The notes under the pieces were generated by a model that saw only the letters and a program-made list of their open reading frames with translations, did no database searches and was not told the DNA's origin. A stretch of DNA of 63,161 bases from Candidatus Saccharimonadota bacterium (GTDB taxonomy: Bacteria > Patescibacteriota > Saccharimonadia > Saccharimonadales > JAQGHD01), in assembly GCA_028288965.1 (NCBI GenBank), contig JAQGHD010000025.1:1-63161 (forward strand). The letters are read 5' to 3'. A program made the translations under genes and the position numbers. Shown piece by piece: positions 8,536 through 17,014 of this stretch. Each line of letters opens with the position of its first letter. Position 1 is the stretch's first letter.

Positions 8536-10581
8536 ATGAGAGAGGATTACCTCGCAATGGGCAGTGTACCTTATTTCCTCATACCCCCTTTGGTGGTGTT
8601 GGCCCTCGCGGTCATCATCGCCCTCCATTCGTTCCACTCGATTGGCCCGAGTGAGATTGGCTTGGTCACCAAGCGAGTCGGCAAGAAGCTCGGACAAGAC
8701 CAGCTCATTGCTATGAACGGCGAAGCTGGCTACCAGGCCGAGTTGCTGATGCCAGGCGTGAACTTCAAGCTCTGGCCCTTGTTCGCCGTCAAGCGGTATC
8801 CACGCGTGCAGGTGCCACCGGACCATATCGGTCTGGTCATCTCGCAGGTCGGACAGTCACTGCCGAATGGCGCCAAGTCAGCGGTCTACAAACCTAAGTT
8901 CGGCGACTTCGCGGATCTCGCGCTGTTCATGAGCGAAGGCGGCCAACGTGGTGTCCAGCGAAAGGTGCTGAACCCAGGTGCCACGGCGCCGATCCATCCG
9001 ATCGGATTCGTGGTGGTTACCAGCGAAGGCACTTTCGGCGAAGTTCTGTCGGATGCAACCGATGAAGCGATTGGTCAGATCGATAAGGATTCGCTCAAGG
9101 TCCTACACATCACGCCGCAAGGAGATCTCGACGTCGTCGGTGTGGTAACGACGCTCGAAGGTCCGCCTTCGAACGATTTTGCCAGCCGCATCGGCGGATT
9201 CGACGATATTGAAGCACTCGAGGAAGCACTCCAAACGGCACCAGAGGGAGACTTCGCTTCAAGCATCATCCAAAAGGTGCTGGCGTCCAAAAACCACCTA
9301 CACGACAACTATCAGGACTTCCAGGCGTTCATCGCCAACGGCGGTCGTATCGGTTTGCAGCACGACCCGCTCTCTTACGGAGCGTATGTGCTCAACCCGT
9401 TGCTTGTCAAAGTTGAGCTGGTGCCAATGCTCGTCGTCCTTCAAGGCGAAGTTGCGGTTATCAAGGCCTACGTGGGCTTGCCAACGAAGGACACTTCCGG
9501 CGAAGAGTTCAAGTTCGGTTCAATCGTGTCTCCTGGGCATCAAGGAATTTGGTCGGAGCCACTGCGCACCGGTAAATATCCCCTCAACCCCCGGATATAC
9601 GGTGCCGAGATCGTGCCAACGTCGATCCTGACGCTCAACTGGTCGCAAGCCAACAGCGAGGCTCACGACCTCGACAAGCGTTTGTCACCGATCGATGCCA
9701 AGAGCAAGGAAGCGTTCGACTTCAGCATTGACCTCCAGGTTCAGATCCACGTGCCTGACACCAAGGCACCGAAGGTCATCAGCATGGTTGGCACCATGGC
9801 GAACCTGGTCAACGAAGTGCTCCAATCCGCGGTGGGCAACTACTTCCGCAACGCGCTTCAGGAACTCGGAGCTACCGAGTTTATAGAGAAGCGGGGCAAA
9901 GTACAGAAGGATGCAGAGGCATACATCGACACATACCTCGGTGATTACCAGGTGGAGACCAAAGGTGTCTATATCCAGGACGTCGTGTTCCCGAAAAACC
10001 TCGTGGACGTGCTTACCAGTCGTGAAATCGCGGCTCAAGAGAAGCAGACCTATGTCAACCAACAAGCGGCGCAGGAGGCGCGCGTAGCACTAGAGCAGCA
10101 ACGCGGTATCGCCGAAATGCAGAGCGAGTTGGCCAGGGCAAACGTCTCGGTTCAGATCGAAACGTCCAATGCAGCGGCAGCAGTTGCCAAGGCAGAAGGT
10201 GATGCCAAGGTCACAGTTGCCCTCGGCGAAGCCGAAGCGACCAAGATCACGGCCATCGGTGCTGCCGAAGCCTCAGCGGAGGAAGCCAAAGGTCTCGCCA
10301 AAGCCAAGGCCTACGAGGCGCAGAAGCACTCCATCGGTGGCGAGCAAACAGCCCTTGTGGCCGTGCTTCACGAGATCTCGGACGGGAACGTCAAGATCAC
10401 GCCAGACATTGTTGTCGGCGGCGAAGGCGGCATTCTCGGGGGTATCGGAGCCATGCTCATGCGAAGCCTCGAATCGAACGGCCGCAGCACCAACGGTGCA
10501 GCTAAGGCTCCGGAGCCCGAATTGGCCACAGTAAGCGTGTCCGATGCGGACGAAGAGAAGAAGCCCGATTCGGGTAACTAA
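8536..10581 (+). CDS. SPFH/Band-7 (flotillin-like) membrane protein with an Ala/Glu-rich coiled-coil tail.
   Basis: 681 aa. N-terminal TM segment. The C-terminal 'EAEATKITAIGAAEASAEEAKGLAKAKAYEAQK' repeats are typical of flotillin/YqiK-type proteins. The true start may be the internal Met at ~8560. Confidence 0.65.
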   Translation: MREDYLAMGSVPYFLIPPLVVLALAVIIALHSFHSIGPSEIGLVTKRVGKKLGQDQLIAMNGEAGYQAELLMPGVNFKLWPLFAVKRYPRVQVPPDHIGLVISQVGQSLPNGAKSAVYKPKFGDFADLALFMSEGGQRGVQRKVLNPGATAPIHPIGFVVVTSEGTFGEVLSDATDEAIGQIDKDSLKVLHITPQGDLDVVGVVTTLEGPPSNDFASRIGGFDDIEALEEALQTAPEGDFASSIIQKVLASKNHLHDNYQDFQAFIANGGRIGLQHDPLSYGAYVLNPLLVKVELVPMLVVLQGEVAVIKAYVGLPTKDTSGEEFKFGSIVSPGHQGIWSEPLRTGKYPLNPRIYGAEIVPTSILTLNWSQANSEAHDLDKRLSPIDAKSKEAFDFSIDLQVQIHVPDTKAPKVISMVGTMANLVNEVLQSAVGNYFRNALQELGATEFIEKRGKVQKDAEAYIDTYLGDYQVETKGVYIQDVVFPKNLVDVLTSREIAAQEKQTYVNQQAAQEARVALEQQRGIAEMQSELARANVSVQIETSNAAAAVAKAEGDAKVTVALGEAEATKITAIGAAEASAEEAKGLAKAKAYEAQKHSIGGEQTALVAVLHEISDGNVKITPDIVVGGEGGILGGIGAMLMRSLESNGRSTNGAAKAPEPELATVSVSDADEEKKPDSGN

Positions 10582-10772
10582 GGAAGAAGAACTAGTTGAT
10601 CCGGTCTAGGACGCAAGTCAATATCGGATTACCGACAAGTGAAGCGGTATCCAGCGTTTATTCGTCGATATGGCGAAAAACGAATTCACTCGTTAGGGAG
10701 ACACGTTAATCTCCTGTGAGGGGGAAGTTTTGCTTGATCGCATCCAGCGATCGCTTAACTTTTCTCCTCACC

Positions 10773-10828
10773 TACCGACCACGGATAACAACCAGCCGTG
10801 CTGATGAGTCGTAGACGACGAATCGGTA
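10773..10828 (+). ncRNA. Hammerhead-ribozyme-like (type III) fold with a non-canonical 15.1/16.1 pair.
   Basis: Stem III TACCGA(10773-78)/TCGGTA(10823-28). Position 17 is C10779. Stem I CACGG(10780-84) with an 11-nt loop and CCGTG(10796-800). CUGAUGA at 10801-07. Stem II GTCG-UAGA-CGAC (10808-19). GAA at 10820-22. Folded by hand only. Confidence 0.4.
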
Positions 10829-10916
10829 TTCAACTTTACGCTACTCCATATAGGCGAAACTGCATTAGAACAACATGGGTAGAGAAAATCAGCGCAATTT
10901 GTTAGACTAACAAGCA

Positions 10917-11630
10917 ATGAAAACTGCCTATCAACGGATTCTTTTAAAACTTTCTGGTGAGCAGTTGGCGGGTAAATATGAGGTCGGTATCGACCCGGAA
11001 GTAGCTGGGTTTTTTGCTAATGAGATCAAAAGAGTTTTGTCCTCTGACTGCCAGGTAGCCATTGTGGTAGGTGGCGGTAACATGGTTCGTGGGGCTGAGG
11101 TGGCTGGCCAAGGCATCCGCCGTGTAACCGGGGATCAAATGGGCATGCTCAGCGGCTTGATTAACTCTATGGCTATCACCGATATATTTGAGGCCCACCA
11201 AATCGCCACGCGCTGTTTGAGCAACATTTTTGCTGACCAGGTGGCTGAGGCTTATTCATATAGACGAGCTATTAAGCACCTGGAACACGACCGGGTGGTA
11301 ATTATTGCCGGTGGTATTGGCCGCCCGTACTTTACCCATGACACAGCGGCAGTTAACCTGGCGTTGGAGTTAAGCTGCGACGTTATGATCAAGGCCACCA
11401 AGGTGGATGCCGTATACGACAAAGATCCTAAAAAGCATACAGACGCTGTAAAGATCACCAACCTTCCCTACCAGCAAGCCGTCCAGGATGAGGCTATAAA
11501 GATCATGGACAAAGCCGCTTTGGGACTAGCCATGGAACAACACATGCCAGTGATTATTTACGACGCTATGAAGCCAGGTAATACTCTCAAGGTAGTTCAA
11601 GGCGAACCAGTCGGCACCACCATTAAATGA
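10917..11630 (+). CDS. pyrH: UMP kinase.
   Basis: 'RILLKLSGEQLAG', 'VVGGGNMVRG' and 'ATKVDAVYDKDP' are classic PyrH motifs. Confidence 0.9.
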   Translation: MKTAYQRILLKLSGEQLAGKYEVGIDPEVAGFFANEIKRVLSSDCQVAIVVGGGNMVRGAEVAGQGIRRVTGDQMGMLSGLINSMAITDIFEAHQIATRCLSNIFADQVAEAYSYRRAIKHLEHDRVVIIAGGIGRPYFTHDTAAVNLALELSCDVMIKATKVDAVYDKDPKKHTDAVKITNLPYQQAVQDEAIKIMDKAALGLAMEQHMPVIIYDAMKPGNTLKVVQGEPVGTTIK

Positions 11631-11642
11631 TTGGCGTAGTTT

Positions 11643-12281
11643 TTAAACTTCGATTGATTCGCCAACAGGTATAAATTTATAAGTAGTACCCAAGCTTTTA
11701 GCAAAACCGCCCACTATAGTTTCGACCAGTCCCTCACCAATAGCAGAGTTTAGGGCATTGTGCGTTGGAATTATCAGCTGCGGTTTTAGGCTAGCTACAA
11801 AGTCCATAACCTCACCAATTTTGAGCCACGGCGCGCTGACCGGCGCAACTAGGGTTTTAACTGGCACGTCTGGTACTGTGAATGAGTCTCCCGGATAATA
11901 CAGAGTGTCATTTACAAGTACCCCTACATTTTGAATACGCGGAATAGAGGTGTGGATAATTGCGTGCACGCTGCCAAAGAACTTAAGAGCAAAAGGTCCT
12001 ACGGTGGCTTCACTCCCGCCGGTAACAATGTTTACTTTTCTACCAGCCAGCTTATCGGCTACTTCTTGGGTGGAAAAAATTTGCGCACCCGGGTTGTTCT
12101 TTAAAAGCGTTTCTAGGTGATCTTCATCTAAATGATCGGCATGAATATGAGTAATAACTATAGCTTGCACGTCAGTGATATCTTCGAGCGATGCCTGGAC
12201 AAAACTACCCGGATCTATCACCATTTTTTGCTGCTGTTCTTCAATAACCAAACAGGCGTGATCATACTTAGTGACTTTCAT
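11643..12281 (-). CDS. MBL-fold metallo-hydrolase.
   Basis: 'VITHIHADHLDED' is an HxHxDH motif. 212 aa. Confidence 0.7.
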   Translation of the reverse strand: MKVTKYDHACLVIEEQQQKMVIDPGSFVQASLEDITDVQAIVITHIHADHLDEDHLETLLKNNPGAQIFSTQEVADKLAGRKVNIVTGGSEATVGPFALKFFGSVHAIIHTSIPRIQNVGVLVNDTLYYPGDSFTVPDVPVKTLVAPVSAPWLKIGEVMDFVASLKPQLIIPTHNALNSAIGEGLVETIVGGFAKSLGTTYKFIPVGESIEV

Positions 12282-12345
12282 GGCTCCTCCTCATCTTAAG
12301 AAAGTGTACAACAATCCACTTGCGAGCATTGTGAAAATTCTGGCG

Positions 12346-12879
12346 CTATTGCAATAAAGTTTCAGCAATAATGGTAGCCGCAGTAGCGTATTTGGTTTTC
12401 TGGTTGGAATCCTCTGCCTGGTTGGCCTCCGCAAACAAGAATGTAACAGCCTTGATTAGGGTGTCTTGAGCGGCATGGCTACCAAATTGTTCGTTGAATA
12501 TTCGCCGCTGCTCGGCTTCCAATACTTCTTGGGCCAACAGAGCGTCAAAGGCTTTATCAGCGTGAGTAAAGGCGGGCCAGATGGTTGTAGTTGACGACTC
12601 GGAAATAATTGTAAACTCCACATGGTGGGTGTTTTGTTGGGCCAAAAAATAGCTGTTAATGGTGGCCTGAACAGGGGGCTCTGGTTCCCCGGCATGCATA
12701 ATGGTCATGATTCCCGCGGTTACTTTACCGCCATTAATGCCGGTACATTCAAAATACGTAATGTCCTCGGTAAGTTCATGCGACAAACGTAACACCGTGC
12801 CCGGAATCAGGTTCGTAGCGGTGGTCCATTCCATAGGGGTAAAGTCTAGGGTCTCCTGGGGTTGATTCTCGTGCGTCAT
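12346..12879 (-). CDS. Hypothetical protein.
   Basis: 177-aa ORF with no recognisable motif. Confidence 0.45.
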   Translation of the reverse strand: MTHENQPQETLDFTPMEWTTATNLIPGTVLRLSHELTEDITYFECTGINGGKVTAGIMTIMHAGEPEPPVQATINSYFLAQQNTHHVEFTIISESSTTTIWPAFTHADKAFDALLAQEVLEAEQRRIFNEQFGSHAAQDTLIKAVTFLFAEANQAEDSNQKTKYATAATIIAETLLQ

Positions 12880-12931
12880 AGTATTCTACCTTACGAAGTT
12901 CTCGGTTCGTATGCAAGCATAAACAGCATCA

Positions 12932-12954
12932 GATGGCGGAGGGAGAGGGATTCG
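12932..12954 (-). repeat. Perfect 23-bp direct duplicate of the tRNA-Ser 3' end plus 2 nt of flank (identical to 13065-13087).
   Basis: gatggcggagggagagggattcg appears twice. The copy lies ~110 bp downstream (in tRNA orientation) of the intact tRNA-Ser. Confidence 0.65.
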
Positions 12955-13066
12955 CTTTACTCGATCAATCTCGTAAAGTGCCGGGGTATGCCACCAGGCA
13001 TGCCCGTTCGAATCCCTACTTTTTCATCATCGTTCATGCCCCTGCCGTTAGCAGGGCCACAAACGA

Positions 13067-13156
13067 TGGCGGAGGGAGAGGGATTCGAACCCTCGAGAGA
13101 CTTGCGCCTCAACCTACTTTCCAAGCAGGCGCCATAGACCGCTAGGCGACCCCTCC
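13067..13156 (-). tRNA. tRNA-Ser (anticodon GGA), type II, CCA encoded.
   Basis: Acceptor GGAGGGG/TCCCTCC with a G-U closing pair. U8. 3-bp D stem. Anticodon stem-loop CCTGC-TTGGAAA-GTAGG. Long variable arm. T arm GAGGGTTCGAATCCCTC. Discriminator G. Confidence 0.8.
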
Positions 13157-13210
13157 GCAACGTATCTAGTATAACTGATGTAATCAGCCTACTAAGGTCC
13201 AGTGGCTAGG

Positions 13211-13301
13211 GCTGAGGTTTTTTGTCTCTCATGGGCACTCTACAGGTGGCCCTTGGCCAGCCTGTGGCGCTAGCTCACCCATTCGATCCAAAAAACCTCA
13301 G
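13211..13301. repeat. Long inverted repeat: 13-bp perfect arms CTGAGGTTTTTTG / CAAAAAACCTCAG separated by ~63 nt that themselves contain nested GC-rich hairpins. Candidate structured RNA or terminator/attenuator.
   Basis: Arms compared by eye. Lies in the 300-bp gap between tRNA-Ser and the ABC operon. Confidence 0.35.
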
Positions 13302-13455
13302 TGCAACCACAGCTCAGTCGTGGGTTTAATTACATCATTTTTTGCCTTGTGGATTAGATACCTAACAGCGTAAACTAGATATACAGCATCATAATCTCAC
13401 AATGTGTAAATAACCATTAGAGGTTTGCCAAAACCAGTTAACCAGGGGTAAGTAC

Positions 13456-14343
13456 GTGCCGGTCATAGAACTTAAAGACGTCAGCAAGCTGTACGGCTTC
13501 GGTGACGCTACAACCATAGCGCTCGATGAAATCACCTTACGCATAGAGAAAGGTGAGTTTGTGGCTATTATGGGGCCCAGTGGTTCCGGTAAGTCTACGC
13601 TCATGAATATTATTGGCGTGCTGGATCGCCCCACCCACGGCACCTATATATTAAATGACCGGCATGTCGCTCGGTTGCGATCCGGCCAGCAAGCACGATT
13701 ACGGCGTGATAAAATAGGTTTCATTTTTCAATCGTTTAATTTGTTGCCTCGGCTAAACGTTATTGAAAATGTGGCACTACCTCTGGCCTACAAAAATATG
13801 ACCCAAGTTCGTCGGCTTAAGCGAGCCGCTACTATGCTGGAGCGAGTTGGTTTGGGTGATAGAGAGTACTTTTTGCCGCGTCAGTTAAGCGGTGGCCAGC
13901 TGCAGCGGGCTGCCATTGCCCGGGCATTGGTTAGCGATCCCAGCATTATTATTGCCGACGAACCAACTGGCAATCTCGACAGTGGGTCTAGCCGGGTAGT
14001 TATGGAGCTGCTGAGCGACCTGCACAAAGAAGGCAATACCATACTGCTGGTGACGCATAACCCGGAGCTTACTCGCTTTGCCAGCCGGGTAGTCTACGTG
14101 CAAGATGGTGCCGTTATTGGTGATGAACAAAGCGCTATTGGCGAAGTTTCTAAAATTGCCCGCAAAATGATTACCCTGCTGCCTAAGACTACCGAAGAAG
14201 ATGATTTAGCTGGCGTTTCGGCGCTGATGAAAAGCATTCCTGGGGGTGACAAGCTGTTGAGCCAAGCGCGCAAGCGGGGCCGCAAACGAGCCACTAAGCC
14301 TACTAAGCGCCGCCGTAAAACCAACTTGCGAGGTAAGCGCTAA
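13456..14343 (+). CDS. ABC transporter ATP-binding protein (MacB/LolD/FtsE-like) with a Lys/Arg-rich C-terminal tail.
   Basis: Walker A 'GPSGSGKST'. ABC signature 'LSGGQLQRAAIARAL'. Walker B '[12 protein letters not shown]'. A basic tail of ~60 aa follows. Confidence 0.85.
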   Translation: MPVIELKDVSKLYGFGDATTIALDEITLRIEKGEFVAIMGPSGSGKSTLMNIIGVLDRPTHGTYILNDRHVARLRSGQQARLRRDKIGFIFQSFNLLPRLNVIENVALPLAYKNMTQVRRLKRAATMLERVGLGDREYFLPRQLSGGQLQRAAIARALVSDPSIIIADEPTGNLDSGSSRVVMELLSDLHKEGNTILLVTHNPELTRFASRVVYVQDGAVIGDEQSAIGEVSKIARKMITLLPKTTEEDDLAGVSALMKSIPGGDKLLSQARKRGRKRATKPTKRRRKTNLRGKR

Positions 14344-15569
14344 TGTTCAAGGGCTACATAAAAATGGCTATCACCTCTATCCGTCGCTCTAAATGGCGCA
14401 GCTTGCTGACCATGTTTGGAGTGATTGTTGGCATAGTGTCGGTGGTAACTACCGTGAGCCTTGGCGAAGGCATTAAGCACCAAGTTACCGGCGAAATTAA
14501 AAGTTACGGCAGCGATGTCATTACCATCCGCCCGGGCAGACTCGTTAATCGGGATCAACATGGCAAAGTCAAAAGCGTGAACATTATCAATAGTTTTACG
14601 GCCAACACTATTACCAATGCCGATCTTAAAACTATTGCCGGCACACATGGCGTCAAGCAAAGTGTGCCATTGGCCATTGTCAGCGGTAAGGCAACCAGCG
14701 AGTCCGTTAGCGACGATAACGCCATCATTATGGCCACCACTCCCGATGCCCTGCAGCTTATTAATCAAAAAATTGAATTCGGCAGTTTTTTTACGGATAC
14801 CGATAGAGCCGCTCATGCCGTTATTATCGGACCAAAAATTGCCCAAGACTTGTTTCAGGAAAACGTGCCAATTGGCCGAACACTCAAAGTTCGTGGTCAA
14901 GAATTTGTGGTCTGGGGCGTGTTTCAGGCCAGTAGTTCGAGTCCGATTACCGCTGCCACCGACTTTAATAAAAGTATTGTTATGCCGTATAACGTGGCCA
15001 AATCTTTGAGCGATTCGCCGCCGCAAATTTCGCAGGTGCTAGTCCGGGCGGAGAATACCTCCCAGATCAATCAAACGATTCAAAATATTACTATCGAACT
15101 TAAGCGAGCGCATGGCGATCAAGAAGATTTTACTATCTTAAAACCAGATGAAACGCTGGCGGCTACGTCAAGTGTGGTTACCTTGCTGACCAGTTTTGTA
15201 TCAGGTATTGCGGGTATTTCCCTGTTTGTCGGCGGCATAGGCATAATGAACATTATGCTGGTGTCGGTTAGTGAACGCACCAGAGAAATTGGTATTCGTA
15301 AGGCTGTGGGAGCTACCAACCACCAAATCCTATCGCAATTTCTGACAGAAGCCATGGTGCTCAGTATCACTGGCGGCGTGCTTGGCATAATAATTGCCGT
15401 TATTTGTAGCTATTTGCTCAGGATTTTTACGTCGCTCACGCCCATTGTGACCCTACCAGTTATTTTAGTGGCCACTGGCGTATCACTGCTGGTGGGAATT
15501 ATCTTTGGCGTTATTCCAGCCTTTCAGGCCTCCCGCAAAGATCCTATTGACGCCCTTCGCTACGAATAG
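14343..15569 (+). CDS. ABC transporter permease, FtsX/MacB family: one N-terminal TM, a large extracytoplasmic domain, and three C-terminal TMs.
   Basis: 408 aa. Start ATG overlaps the stop of the upstream ATPase (TAATG). C-terminal 'ERTREIGIRKAVGAT' is a FtsX-family motif. Confidence 0.8.
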   Translation: MFKGYIKMAITSIRRSKWRSLLTMFGVIVGIVSVVTTVSLGEGIKHQVTGEIKSYGSDVITIRPGRLVNRDQHGKVKSVNIINSFTANTITNADLKTIAGTHGVKQSVPLAIVSGKATSESVSDDNAIIMATTPDALQLINQKIEFGSFFTDTDRAAHAVIIGPKIAQDLFQENVPIGRTLKVRGQEFVVWGVFQASSSSPITAATDFNKSIVMPYNVAKSLSDSPPQISQVLVRAENTSQINQTIQNITIELKRAHGDQEDFTILKPDETLAATSSVVTLLTSFVSGIAGISLFVGGIGIMNIMLVSVSERTREIGIRKAVGATNHQILSQFLTEAMVLSITGGVLGIIIAVICSYLLRIFTSLTPIVTLPVILVATGVSLLVGIIFGVIPAFQASRKDPIDALRYE

Positions 15570-15585
15570 TTTCGTATGCGGCGAC

Positions 15586-15759
15586 TTATTGCGAAGGTAC
15601 TTTAGCGCCCTTCTTGCGGGCCTCGGATAATCCAATGGCCACAGCTTGTTTGCGATTCTTGACTGGTGTACCGGCTTTGCCGCTCTTGAGCTTGCCGGCC
15701 TTAAATTTATCCATAGCCTGCTTGACGGATTTTTGGGCTGCTTCTCCATATTTTGCCAT
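15586..15759 (-). CDS. Small conserved-looking basic protein (57 aa) with a strong Shine-Dalgarno sequence.
   Basis: Translation MAKYGEAAQKSVKQAMDKFKAGKLKSGKAGTPVKNRKQAVAIGLSEARKKGAKVPSQ. AGGAGGAACAA lies upstream of the ATG. It is not in the ORF track because it is under 60 aa. Confidence 0.4.
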   Translation of the reverse strand: MAKYGEAAQKSVKQAMDKFKAGKLKSGKAGTPVKNRKQAVAIGLSEARKKGAKVPSQ

Positions 15760-15949
15760 TTGTTCCTCCTTATGCCTTTTTTGACGGGCTGATCACTTTT
15801 GAAAAAATATTAGGAAACTAAAAGAGCCAGTCTTATGAACGTGGTGGCTACTGGCTTACCTTTTTGGGGTGACCTGTTACAAAAAACAGGTAGGTAGCGG
15901 TTGCGATTGGCTCATAAAACTGGCCGGTTAATGTACGCCTTAATTTGTG

Positions 15950-16147
15950 TTACCAACTAGCGGCTGCGCTAGTGTGAATTGGTGGCTCAGGGTCATATGG
16001 TGCGCTTGCCACGGGGCTATCTGCATCACTAAATATATTCAGTGATGATTTGACACGGGTTGCTAAATCTTCAAATTTCCAAAACGGATCTTGCTTCCAC
16101 GCAGGAATCTTGGGCGTTTTGTGCTTGTCAGCTCCTCGCCTAGCCAT
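15950..16147 (-). CDS. Small hypothetical protein (65 aa).
   Basis: GGGAGG lies 8 nt upstream of the ATG. No motif. Confidence 0.25.
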   Translation of the reverse strand: MARRGADKHKTPKIPAWKQDPFWKFEDLATRVKSSLNIFSDADSPVASAPYDPEPPIHTSAAASW

Positions 16148-16229
16148 TGGTGTACCTCCCTCACTTAATGGTAATCTCAGCTTAATCTAATCATGTAAAT
16201 GCTTATAGTAAATTTCTCTCACTATTGAG

Positions 16230-16508
16230 CTATCGAGCAATGCCATGGCGGTTGCCTGCCCCAAATACTCGGACTAGGCCCAGCAATACAATCGCTCCGA
16301 TAATAGCGATAATAAAGCTGCCCAGATTAAAGCCAGTGACGGTGGGGCCACCAAACAGTCGGGAAATAATACCGCCCAAGAAAGCGCCGACAATGCCAAC
16401 AGTTATATTCGCCATGGCTCCCATTTCTTGATTGGTATTCATGATGAGTGAGGCTATCCACCCGACAATTGCCCCAAAGACGATCCATAAAATAATGTTC
16501 ATTGCCAT
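16230..16508 (-). CDS. GlsB/YeaQ/YmgE-family small membrane stress protein (transglycosylase-associated type).
   Basis: 'ILWIVFGAIVGWIASLIM...GIVGAFLGGIISRLFG' is the typical Gly-zipper twin-TM pattern. Confidence 0.7.
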   Translation of the reverse strand: MAMNIILWIVFGAIVGWIASLIMNTNQEMGAMANITVGIVGAFLGGIISRLFGGPTVTGFNLGSFIIAIIGAIVLLGLVRVFGAGNRHGIAR

Positions 16509-16514
16509 ATTGGT

Positions 16515-16844
16515 CTATCCTTTCTCTTCCCAATTGTTAATGATAGAAGATTTGATCTGTTCTTTGCTGTCTTGAGCGTCATTGGCTAAGTTTGCTTTGG
16601 TATCTTTGTAAGATTGCGTGACAGCCTCTTTCATCTCTTTCCCGCGGGAAATTTTCTGGTCCATGACGTGTTTTAGGCTATCGGCACGCTGTTTGGCTTT
16701 TAACTTGGCTTGTGCCGCTTGTGATTTAAGGCGAGCCCGTGTCTCGCGGCCACTTCTAGGAGCAGTCAATAGTGCAACGCCGGCACCGGCCGCTGCTGCC
16801 ATCAGAGTCACCGCAACCATATTCGCCCCTTGCTTCTCTTTCAT
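16515..16844 (-). CDS. YtxH-like (DUF948) protein.
   Basis: N-terminal TM 'AAAAGAGVALLTAPRSG' followed by a charged coiled-coil tail. Confidence 0.55.
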   Translation of the reverse strand: MKEKQGANMVAVTLMAAAAGAGVALLTAPRSGRETRARLKSQAAQAKLKAKQRADSLKHVMDQKISRGKEMKEAVTQSYKDTKANLANDAQDSKEQIKSSIINNWEEKG

Positions 16845-17014
16845 AACTAACCTCCTTTTGCACCTTACGGGTACACCTTCTAGGCTACGAAAGTAACCAA
16901 GTTATAGCTACGAGAAATTTAACAAGCTGAGCAAACGCTCAAGTTTAATTACCTTGACTTCACTACACTAATTGCTTAAGGTAAAATCAAAGATATTAAT
17001 AATAAAAGTGTTAT

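Noticed and set aside
10582-10916. Considered that the whole 335-bp gap before pyrH might be RNase P or tmRNA, since smpB is in the window
   Set aside because: The gap is too short for RNase P RNA. It has no tRNA-like acceptor/T-arm pair and no resume-codon/tag ORF as tmRNA would need. Only the hammerhead-like fold is retained.
12933-13160. Overlapping ORFs of 67-91 aa on both strands across the tRNA-Ser region
   Set aside because: The region folds into a canonical tRNA-Ser and its att-like duplicate. The ORFs lack ribosome-binding sites.
13211-13301. Considered whether the structured element is the SRP (4.5S) RNA or the 6S RNA
   Set aside because: The conserved SRP domain-IV motif (AGGUCAGG...GGAA...GGAAGCAGCC) and the 6S central-bubble architecture are not present. 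It is kept only as an unclassified structured element.
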